From NCBI GenBank assembly GCA_002269645.1, contig NIVC01001291.1, forward strand, positions 1 through 64,000: a stretch of 64,000 nucleotides of DNA, read 5' to 3'. This stretch comes from Macrostomum lignano. Taxonomy: Eukaryota. The position numbers and the translations under genes were made by a program. Positions 12,253 to 23,400 of this stretch are shown in pieces (the first letter of the stretch is position 1; the number at the start of each line of letters is the position of its first letter). The notes under the pieces were generated by a model. It was not told the origin of the DNA. It did no database searches and worked only from the letters and a program-made list of their open reading frames with translations.

Positions 12253-13104
12253 AAATCGATGTTAAGCCCGATTTCAATAAGGTAAAAAAATTCAATACCA
12301 GTTTTGAAAACTGAGGGCTCTGTGACTGATGTGACATTTAAAGTTTAAGCGATAGATTTTTAAGAAAGGGTTATTAATAGATAAGTCAGAGTTAATCATT
12401 CCAATTCACAATGTAGGAATGTGAGCTACAAACATTTCTGTTCGTGCAGACTGCAAATTCAGCCGCTTGTCTGTATTATTTCTCTATTGAGCCTCTATTG
12501 ACCCCCTAGTACGTGGCGTGCTTTTGCTTTCCTATCCTGGGCGCTGAGATGGAGTGGTTGAGGACAGAGAACCCTGTGGCGAGGCGGATCTCGCTGGTTC
12601 AAAGCGGCACAAAGTGGTCGGAGTCTGACCAGACCGGCTCGCCACTCTGCATCGGCTGTTGGAGAGCTGGGGAAGGGATAGAAAACGCGGTAAAAGGCAG
12701 TTGCTTGACAATATGCATATGTGAAGACATTTATTTCCCTTCATTGGTCTATCCCTTGTTCCCTTTTCTTTGATTTTCTCTCCTAAGCGAACAGGACGTA
12801 TCAGGGTGTGCGTTCTGCGCAGAAAAATATCCTCTAGATCTGCACGGCCAATGGCAGTTTCCGCTCGGTAATGAACCGCCCCAAGTCAAATGGGAAGTTG
12901 GGAAACGAGTTTAGGCAGGTAGACGGAGGAGGCGGGCGGGAAGTGGGCAGATTTCTTTGCCCAGTATAAAGCCGACCGAGCCTCATCGCTCACTGGCTTG
13001 CTCATCTCCTCTCTTTCCAGTTGCCCCCTTATTTTTCATTTTGACGCAATTTTCTGCTCCGGCAGAGCCAGAATTTTTCCCGATCGAAGCCAGTTGCAGC
13101 CCGG

Positions 13105-13929
13105 ATGTCGATAATGTTCGCCTGCCAGAGCCCGATTGCTGCCGCTGTCCTGCAGCTCCTGCTGGCTGCTGTGATGTCCGCTCAGCACATCAATGTTACT
13201 GTAGACGACGTTTCGGTGAGTCTTAAAGACTCTGGCAGTTTAACAGGTGAGAAGTACACCCTTGGCAAGCTGAAACGTCTGGCCATTACCTGCAGGGCCA
13301 GCAGCTCTGGGGTGCTGAGCCCGAGTAGTTTCTTCTGGCGTTTGGAAAACTCCAACTCCAGCGCAACCGTTGACGCCAGAATCACCGTGGACACGAAACT
13401 GGCTGACAATGGCCTCTCTGGTACCTCGGTGCTCAACATCAACTACCCGGTCAAGTCTGACATCACTAACTTTGTCTGCATTGTCAACCAGACGGCTTCC
13501 GCCACTGGCCGATTCTTGTCCGCGCCGCTCCTGACGATGAAGGTGGACGGGGCGAACGAGTACGACGTGGCGATGTGGCCCGGAGAAAGCGTGGCAATAC
13601 TGTGCCTGGTCGAAGGCAACCCGATGGGCGACATTCGCTGGACGAAGTCTGTAGACCCGGCGTTCAATTTGACAAATAACAATACGCTCTACCTGAGCTC
13701 TGTCAGCTACGAAGCCGACAGGGGTTACATCACCTGCGCGTCCAAAAACAGGTACGGAGAGAACACCGCCAGGCTGTTCCTGCGGGTGAAGAGTCCGCTG
13801 AGCTTCCTGACTCCGCTCGTGGCGATTGGCTGCGAAATTGTCGCCATTCTGGTCATTGTTGTTGTCTACGAGCTGTACAACAAGCGGAGGCGCCAAGTTG
13901 TTGATGGAGACGACCCAAAATCTGAGTAA
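13105..13929 (+). CDS. BSG: Basigin/neuroplastin-like type I membrane protein (signal peptide, 2 Ig domains, TM)
   Basis: Hydrophobic leader, two Cys-paired Ig domains and a TM with the family's intramembrane Glu (PLVAIGCEIVAILVIVVVYE) followed by KRRR. Confidence 0.8.
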   Translation: MSIMFACQSPIAAAVLQLLLAAVMSAQHINVTVDDVSVSLKDSGSLTGEKYTLGKLKRLAITCRASSSGVLSPSSFFWRLENSNSSATVDARITVDTKLADNGLSGTSVLNINYPVKSDITNFVCIVNQTASATGRFLSAPLLTMKVDGANEYDVAMWPGESVAILCLVEGNPMGDIRWTKSVDPAFNLTNNNTLYLSSVSYEADRGYITCASKNRYGENTARLFLRVKSPLSFLTPLVAIGCEIVAILVIVVVYELYNKRRRQVVDGDDPKSE

Positions 13930-14869
13930 ATAAGCTGGAGCAACCATGGAGACGGGATTACTTTCATGCAGTCTTTATGTAGGCTCGGGCATGCGGTAAA
14001 TTCATTCAACGAAAATTATCAGCAATCGCCTGTGATAGCTACCCGTGAAAGGCTGATTCGAGCTTTTGCTTTTTATTATGATTTTACAATATAATCAGCA
14101 AAAATAATCTGATTCTGTCCTGTTGCTGTGTACTTAGTTTGTAATGTAACATATACATGTACTGTACGTGTGCGTGCATTTTTGATGCGCCACAGATCAA
14201 ATAAAATGGTATATTTGTTGTACGCATACATGTGGCCATGTATGTATGAGTACACTGTACATTTAAGTACATACATTATTCAGTATACTTTCTTCTCTAA
14301 TTTCAATTCATGAATTTAAACCAAACAATGATGCCGTTTCTAACATGTGCCCTACGCGCTTCATGACTTTGATGTCTGCACTCTCGTTATACAGTGTTAT
14401 ACAGTGAAAGCACCTCTGTATGTGTGGCCCTAGGCCGTTCTTTTTCTGATCACTGTCCTAGCTATATTTTCTTTTTCTATTTTTCTTTGCTTCTCTGCCT
14501 TGTGGCACCTACAAGTTCTCGATTCTGTAGCGTCAGGTGGTTTTTACAACCTAAAAGTTGGATTTTCAGAAATTTTGAATGCACGTTTCCTCTAAATATC
14601 GAGGCAGTGACCTTGTATTGTATATATATCGAGGCTTGAGCACGATCAAACTGTCGAAAAATTGTTACATGACATTTTATGGGGACAAAAAGCACATGCA
14701 ATTAGTCAAGGTATATTGGGTTTGTATATATATATTTTGCTATAACGATCGGGTCACTCGTACTGCAATAATGCAGGATTTACAGATGCATTAACCTTGC
14801 ATGATATCCTTGATCCTTCCATAAAGACAAAACTCATTTTTACTCATAGCTTCCCGGCCGCTTCCGCGC

Positions 14870-15139
14870 ATGGGATAAATGGGGAAAATGGGGATTTCAT
14901 GTGAACTTAAGGCTCTGAAATGGAAGCGGTGGCCGATTGAGCCGGTTTCTCTATCGGATCTCTCTACTGGACCGACAATGAGAGAAGAATCGTCGAAAAC
15001 CGCATCTCTCTATCATTTGGTCTCCCTGAATGGGATAAATGGGGAAAATGGGGATTTCATGTGAACTTAAGGCTCTGAAATGGAAGCGGTGGCCGATTGA
15101 GCCGGTTTCTCTATCGGATCTCTCTACTGGACCGACAAT
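14870..15139 (+). repeat. Direct duplication of 110 bp (14870-14979 = 15030-15139)
   Basis: Identical ATGGGATAAATGGGG...GGACCGACAAT copies at 160-bp spacing. Confidence 0.9.
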
Positions 15140-18100
15140 CATATGCCTAAATCTTATGGACCTAATATTGAAATCCTCATTATATCGAGGGCCGAAGTAA
15201 TTCTTGGCTAGCCAATATCATTTTATAATGAGTGTTCTTCACTTTTTATTGCCCCCTGACACATTGAACTTTCTTTTTGCTGGGCAACGAGCATTTAAGT
15301 ATCGATTACGCAATCTGAATCCCGCACCCATATGTGCACTGCATGTACATTTGCGTGGCCGACGCTGAGTGTGTTAATAATACTGCGATTATCATTATAA
15401 AAGTGTTATCATTATTAAGTTCACATCCTCTTTCATCTGCTCTCTGAGATACAAGAACTATAGCAAGGATAAGAGGTGAAAGCAAGTCCTTTTAGGTGTA
15501 GCTGGCTCTATAGGAACGCTTTACTGCATACTGACTCGTAATAATGTACAGAGGCTAACGAAAAATGAGCATGCATACGCGTTACGAATTGTACTGCATG
15601 CGTTGTACTGTACTACAACATACATGTACAATGATGGAATATTGTATTTCCACCACATGTTCAGATGCTTTCAACTTTGATCCCTCCTTTTGATACAAGT
15701 CTATCGAGGCAGCTAAATTGGAATTCATGTTGATCGAGGTCTTTTAAAAGAATTAGCACGCGTCCCTAGGCACGGATCCAGAAAATTTTGAACAGTGCAG
15801 AATTCTTAAAAGGTACTTTGCGTTTGATTACTCTATTGATTTATTCCATAATGTGGTTATACCCATAGAAAAAATATCAAACTCAATAGAGACGCCTTTT
15901 GTGCCGCCTTCTAAATCCGCTACTTCTCTAACTTCATAAGTCATCCTTTCCTGATTACTATCAGTCTGCCATAACGATATTTCATGCAGTAATATTTTCA
16001 TCCGGGTAATTTCGAAGTTTGTGTAACTTCTCCGCAAAAAAATATATTATTTGTACAAATAAACTTACGAAAGATTTTTTGTGTCTGAGCGCGATCACAA
16101 ATTGCATATAGTGGTTATAGTATTTAAGGAACGACTTAACAAGATCTACACCACAAAAATTGGCACCGTAAATGTCGCCATAAAACAAATGCAGATACAA
16201 ATGCAAATATAGGTACCACTACTAAACCTGAACATAAAACCAAATTTAGATTAAAAAGTAAATTGTTTTTTACCTTTGTGTATGGTAAATCAAATCATTT
16301 TTAAAATAGAATTTAAAATACTTTTTGTACGTACTCTCATTTTCACGCGCCAGCCAAGCGCGGCCAAGATTCAAATCCATATACTAAAAATTATTTGCTA
16401 AATGTATTGGTTATCGCATTACAGGTCCTGTTAGCCGCAGCGTCATGTCTCTATCACAAAAATTACGTGTCCTAAACTTGCCTACGCCTACAGTTTTACC
16501 ATATTCGGATCCATTTTGTCTTTTGATATTTGTAATTTTGTTTTGTTTAATATATTATTATTATTATCTATTAATGCGAGGGTCTGGCTCCATATTTTGG
16601 TGAAAATGTGCTTGGTGTCCTGTGTTTTTCTCAGGTCTCTGCCTAAGTAAGGGGGACAGTGCAATAGGCTCTAAAAATTTTTATTGGCATAAGTATTGTT
16701 CTATTTGTTAAACTCAAAGAGAAACAGTCTAACAAACTTGCAAAAAACAAACTATTGGAGCAAAGATAGACCTAATTACGAACATTATAATAATGTTCAA
16801 ATGTCCAATTGTTAAAATAAAAAAGCTAGGTAGGTAGGCCTATACAAAATTTACAACAGTCAACAGGTACTGCCCTGCAATTAGCAATATATAGTGTAAG
16901 AAGTATTGTAGTGTTAGTAAGGGCATAGGAAAGAATTTATTGCACTATAGAAACTCTTACAAATATGTTTTAAATAGTTACAGCTGTATTCTAAGGTACT
17001 AGTCACTTTGTCAACCATTTACTTTGATAAAGTAACTAGGCCCTATTTGGTTATATTAGCAGTTTTTGCAATTGACAAAGTGACCTTGTTTTTAGTTATA
17101 GGCCTAGTTAGGCCTACTTTGTCTTTGGGGCCAAATATGTTTTGATAATTGAGCTTTATATAAAAGTTTTTTTTGTGATTTTTTAATTGAAGGTCAATAT
17201 TGCATTGCATATATGTTAAATAATTAATAGTTGACAAAGTGATTACTATTATACTGGGTGCCACCAAATTTGTCAACTCTATTGACCAATTCGGTTTACC
17301 TTATCATGCACTGTTTGACAAATTTGGTTATCTGATAATACACTATTGACTATGCAGCTAGTATAAATATTTTTTTATGCAAAAAAATGAAGGATAAAAG
17401 CATATTGAGAAGATACTTGTACATATAAGATAACAAAAGTGAATGGTTTTTATTTGATATATATATTTTTACAACCTATTAAAACCCACAGATCTTAAAC
17501 CCACTGAATTTCAATAAATCCAGGGAACTATTTTTGCATAAATTTAGAAATCTAAAGTCATACTTAAACAAAACCTTTGGTAATGGTTAAGGAAATAAAC
17601 AAACTTGGTATAAAACTTGAATTAAAGTGACTCAAGAAGTCTTGTTGAAGTCTTTGGCAACATTTTGCTCATCAAATTATAGAAATTTATAGGCCCTAGT
17701 TATTGCATTAAAGAACAACTCTAGGTGAAGTCTTGTCTTGTTGTTGACAAATTTGCTCAGCTTGTTTTAACTGTTGATGAATTCAATTTCCTTCATTTTC
17801 TTGGATTTTAGGTTTGTTGACAACTTAGATATTGACAAATTTAGTGTAACCCATTATACTATTTCAAACTATTGTAGTTTGGCAATTGATGAAGTGACTA
17901 CATTTATGAGGTCTACTAATTGGCTAGTCAACAAAGTGATATAAGAGCAATGGCTTCCCAGTTAACAAAATGCCAGTTAATAATTTGACTAGGATCTATA
18001 TATTAAACATGTTGCATAGCTTGCACTTTGCATATATATTGGGTTTTTGTCTTAGACAAGGTATGAAATCCTAACTTATGCCCAATTTCAAAGTGCAATT

Positions 18101-18156
18101 TTAAAATTTTAAGTACACACATTCTACACATAAAAAACCTAAGATCTATATATGTA

Positions 18157-19503
18157 CTTCGGCTGTCCAGAAAGTCGTAAGAATGTATTTAAAAAATCAG
18201 TCAAAACTATCAAAAAACACAATAACAGCACTAGTTGGTAATGTAATCTCCCCTTGCATTGATTACAGCTTGACAATGGTCAACGAGTCGCTGAACCTCT
18301 CTTTTTAAGCAATCTTCATCAAGGCCTCTTGCCCACTGCAATGCAGCTTCTCAAACTTCATTATGGTCGCTGAATACTCGCCTGGAGAGTTCAGTCTTTA
18401 TCCAACTGAACAAAAAACGGTCTACAAATTGAAGTCTGGGCTGTAAGGACTCTGAAACACCAGCTGAACTCCACGGGACTCCATGTACTGCTGCACAGAA
18501 TGGGCCATGTGAGGTCGCGCATTGTCCCACTGCCAAAGAACATCCAACAGGTAAATTGGCTTTGACCTCAGAGTACGCCATAGGTCTCCCGTGTGCTGAA
18601 TGAATTCAACTATGCCATCTGCATCAACAGTTTGCTTCAGGGCTGTGGATTTAATGGAGAAGCACTTGCTTGGAGTGAAAGCAACTAGAAGCATTGTCTT
18701 TGCATTCCCGACTGAGTGCCTGACAACCTGGGGCCGATGATCTCCTTGGCCAAGCTAGCACCTGTTGTTTTGCTTTGTGCCAGTGTTGTTCAGGTACACC
18801 CACGTCTCATCTTCCACCACGTACTTGTCGCAAAAGTTTTCCACCCCCTCGTTGTAAAAAAGCCTGCGGATTTGCTTGGCACAATTGATGCGAGCAGTCT
18901 TGTTCTCCTCGGATAGAGCATGAGGAACCCAGATGGAAGAAACATTTCGAAGGTGCAAATCCTCAGTCAAAATTTCGTGCACTGTTGTTTTACCAACTTC
19001 CAAAAAGTTGGCGAGGTCTCGGACACTAACTTTTGAATCCTCTTCAACAAGAGCTCGGCAGGTTTCGATCAGTTCCGTTGTCCTTGTTGACCGTGGCCGG
19101 CCAGTCCAAGGAGCTGAGGCCAGGGGAAATGCTTCATCACGGAACTTTGAGTACCATCTGTAAACCATTGACTGACCTGGTGTGGCATCTCCATAAACTT
19201 TAAGTAGTTTGTCATAACAACTAATAGCAGAGATTCCAAGACAGTATCTAGCGTAGGCATAAGCCTGGAAATCTTCCATTTTGACAAACTCGCCATTAAA
19301 TTTTTCAAGCTTGATCACCACGTTGCATTGGTTATTGAGCACTTTATGCTGAGCTTGCCCCTGCCCCCAATTTTGCTGCTAGAATAACAAGAATTTTCAC
19401 CATAGACATCTATAAGTCTATTATTGAAATTTTATGTGTGCCATGTCATCAGCTTGCTGCTTGCTTGACTGACACATTCTCACGACTTTCTGGACAGGCG
19501 AAG
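18157..19503 (-). mobile_element. Mariner (DD34D-type) DNA transposon, full length with a pseudogenised transposase
   Basis: 30-bp TIRs CTTCG(G/C)CTGTCCAGAAAGTCGT(A/G)AGAATGT flanked by TA. HTH region, VEDETW, WDNARPH and SPYSPD motifs. Disrupted at 18755 and ~18422. Confidence 0.9.
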
Positions 19504-20473
19504 TATCTTATCTTCTATTAAATGTTGTGCCAATAAATTTTTAAAATCATGCTTTATAACAGTGCTACTGTCATGTTAACCACTTTTCTTATTTGGCAAT
19601 CTTACAATTTGCTTTGCGTAATTATTTTTATATTTGAGTTTATCTAAATAATGACTATTAAGTATTTTATTATCTACTAGCCTAATAGTATAATAGCCAA
19701 AGTTTCAAGTTTATGGTAGGTTAACATTAAACAAGGATGCACAAAGCAAAATTATAATAGTAACTTTAGAAAAGATAAAGAAAGATATCAGATGAATTAA
19801 TAGATTTAGTAGATCTGTAGCTTCAAGCTATTCAACACATAAAAATATCCATTAGCTAGGCAACTAGCCATTTTAATCTGAGTTTTATCTTAGGTAATCA
19901 TTTTTTAGTTTAAAGTTTTCAAGTTAATCAAAGCACTTTTTGCTATAAATTATCAAAGAATAATATGGCAATAAACATTTGTACAAATTGGAACTTACAA
20001 TAATTATATCAAACAAATTGCCAGGCTACTCTTTTTTACCATACACCTTACCATACTATTTAGCTTTGTTTTTAGTGAAAAAAATACTTAATTTTTATAG
20101 CCATGTCTTTTACTTTCATTTTGGCATAAATCTGAGTTTATTAAATGGAACTACACTTATGCGATTTATAGAAATATACATTCATATACATCTATACTTA
20201 AGAAGTAGTCCTTGCCAAAGGCAGATCTAGGCTAAAGGGGGCAGGGGGCTATTGCCCCCCCTTTAGCTAAGGCAAAAAATTAGATGTTTATAACTATGCA
20301 AGGTCTATTTTCTAATATTTGACTATTTTGCATCAATGCAATATTTTTGGAAAGATGTAAAATTGCTTATTAAGCCCATTTAAAGATGGATGGCTGGAAT
20401 TCCTGAAATTATTAAATCATTAATAATTTCATAACGACGATGCAATGCTTGATTTAAAATACAAATTTCAGGA

Positions 20474-23400
20474 ATGTTGCCGCTGCTTCGCATTTTTGCC
20501 TTATCAGAGACACAACAGATTTGTCGGCACTGTAAGTTTTGCTGTTTGTAGCTTGGAATCGCCCCTAGACTACCTTTCAGAATCGCCCCTAGACTACCTT
20601 TCAGAATCGCCCCTAGACTACCTTTCAGAATCGCCCCTAGACTACCTTTCAGAATCGCCCCTAGACTACCTTTCAGAATCGCCCCTAGACTACCTTTCAG
20701 AATCGCCCCTAGACTACCTTTTAGAATCGCCCCTAGACTAACTTTCAGAATCGCCCCTAGACTACCTTTTAGAATCGCCCCTAGACTACCTTTCAGAATC
20801 GCCCCTAGACTACCTTTTAGAATCGCCCCTAGACTAACTTTCAGAATCGCCCCTAGACTACCTTTCAGAATCGCCCCTAGACTACCTTTCAGAATCGCCC
20901 CTAGACTACCTTTCAGAATCGCCCCTAGACTACCTTTCAGAATCGCCCCTAGACTAACTTTCAGAATCGCCCCTAGACTACCTTTCAGAATCGCCCCTAG
21001 ACTAACTTTCAGAATCGCCCCTAGACTATCCTTGAGAATCACCGTTAGACTATTCTTGAGAATCGCCATAGACTATCCTTGAGAATCGCCCATAGACTAT
21101 CCTTGAGAATCGCCATAGACTATCCTTGAGAATCGCCCATAGACTATCCTTGAGAATCGCCATAGACTATCCTTGAGAATCGCCCCTAGATTATCCTTGA
21201 GAATCACCGTTAGATTATCGTTGAGAATCGCCCTTAGACTATCCTTAAGAATCACTCTTAGACTATCCTTGAGATCACCGTTAGACTATCCTTGAGAATC
21301 ACCCTTAGACTATCCTTGAGAATCACTCTTAGACTATCCTTGAGATCACCGTTAGACTATCCTTGAGAATCACCCTTAGACTATCCTTGAGAATCACCCT
21401 TAGACTATCCTTGAGAATCACCCATAGACTATCCTTGAGAATCGCCCCTAGATTATCCTTGAGAATCACCGTTAGACTATCCTTGAGAATCGCCCCTAGA
21501 TTATCCTCGAGAATCGCCGCTATACTATCCTTGATAATCACCCTTAGACTATCCTTAAGAATCGCCTCTAGACCAACAGAAAATCCTGTCTGCACAGCAT
21601 AAAACCCGTACACAATGCTTAGAATTACTGTCTATGTCTATGTCAATGTTTTTTAATTTACTGTCATTTAATATCCCTTTGGTCTACTAACAGTAAGATA
21701 GAGCCATTTTTGTTGTTTTAATAATGAATATTTCTTACAAAACCACCAATTCACTAATCTCGCAGGCTTTGCGGCCCGGCAACAGCGGAGCACAGCGGCG
21801 CTTGCGCCCGCCGCCTCTGTTGCCAGGCGTCGACGCTCGACAGGCGAAGCAGGCGACGATCATCGTCAGAGCGGGCAGTCGAAATCGCCGCCCGTTGCTA
21901 GCCAAGCGAAAGCAAAAGCGTCAGCCAAGGAGATTGCGGCAGTTTTTGACTGGGCCCAGCGGCTAGAAAATGTGCGCTGTCCTTGCACTCTGGCCGTTGT
22001 ACTCGTCCAGCAGCTCAGCCAGATGTCCGAGCTGCTCTGGCTCGATGCCAATCTACGCCGGCGTTGTCGACGGGCCGTCGAGCTGCTCCAAGCTCGGGTG
22101 CCACCGCCCCGTCAGCGGCCGGACCCGGCCCAGTTCGCGCCCAATATTGGCCTGGCCTTTATTCAAAAATCCGATAGATATAATGAAGAGCTGGCGGCCT
22201 GGCTGCTGTGCCTGTGTCTGCGAGGCGAGCATGACAAAGCGGCGGCTTATTTGGCTGAGCAACGGGCCAGGTTTGGCAGCTTGGCCAGCCTGTGGTCCGG
22301 GGCGGTTGTGCTGGACGAACAGGTAAAAATTATTGAATGATCTGCTAGTTCCTGTGCTGGTCTAGAAACCGACGTTTCTAGGGCGCTAAAAGCACTGAAC
22401 TACCCTTCAAATCGTCCCTAGACTACCTTTGAGAATCGCCCCTAGGTTACAATTGAGAATCGCCCCTAGACCACCATTGAGAATCGCCCCTAGACTAACA
22501 CTGAGAATCGCCCTTGACCACCATTGAGAATCGCCCCTAGACTACCCTTGAGAATCGCCCAAAGACTACCATCGAGACTCGCCCTAGACTACCCTTGAGA
22601 ATCGCCCAAAAACTACCATCGAGACTCGCCCTAGACTACCATTGAGAATCGCCCCTAGACTACCATTGAGAATAGCCCATAGACTACCCTTGAGAATCGC
22701 CCAAAGACTACCATCGAGACTCGCCCTAGACTACCATTGAGAATAGCCCATAGACTACCCTTGAGAATCGCCCAAAGACTACCATCGAGACTCGCCCTAG
22801 ACTACCATTGAGAATAGCCCATAGACTACCCTTGAGAATCGCCCCTAGACTACCATTGAGAATCGCCCCTAGACTACCATTGAGAATCGCCCCTAGACAA
22901 CCATTGAGAATCGCCCCTAGACTACCATTGAGAATCTTGTCTCCAGACCCTACACGTTTAGAGTCAACCGCCACTCAGAAGCGTCCCCAGGACTGCTCTT
23001 ACATGCCGGTCTACCGCACTTTACCCTCGCAGATCCCGGCCGCCATCCTGCTGCACCGGCCCACCCTCTCGGCCAGCCTGTCCACCTTGGCCGGCGCCGC
23101 TCGCGATGGTCAGCAGTTGAGCGCAGGCGCGGTGGCGCTCGGCCTACGCGCAGCCGGCAGATTAAACAGCGCCGAGGTTGCCGAATTAACAGTAAGATTG
23201 GCGGCCGATTCCAATTGGCAAAATCAATTATCGGATGAAGCTCAGGATGCTGAGCTGATGGCTGGTCTGCGCTTGGCTGGGCTTCCTTCGCTTTTATCGA
23301 CAAAGCAGCAATCGGAGTCTGTTGCTCCGAGGACAACAGCGCTGGGGACCGAGCGCTTCAGTTGTCTGTAAGTTCTTTCTGTAGGCTGTGGGCCTCTGCA

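Noticed and set aside
13105-13929. Intronless basigin as a retrocopy
   Set aside because: No poly(A) remnant or TSD seen, the ORF is intact, and long exons are common in this window.
20231-20266. GC hairpin GCTAAAGGGGG...CCCCCTTTAGC upstream of POLRMT
   Set aside because: Resembles a common transposon-end relic; no partner end or Helitron CTRR terminus found.
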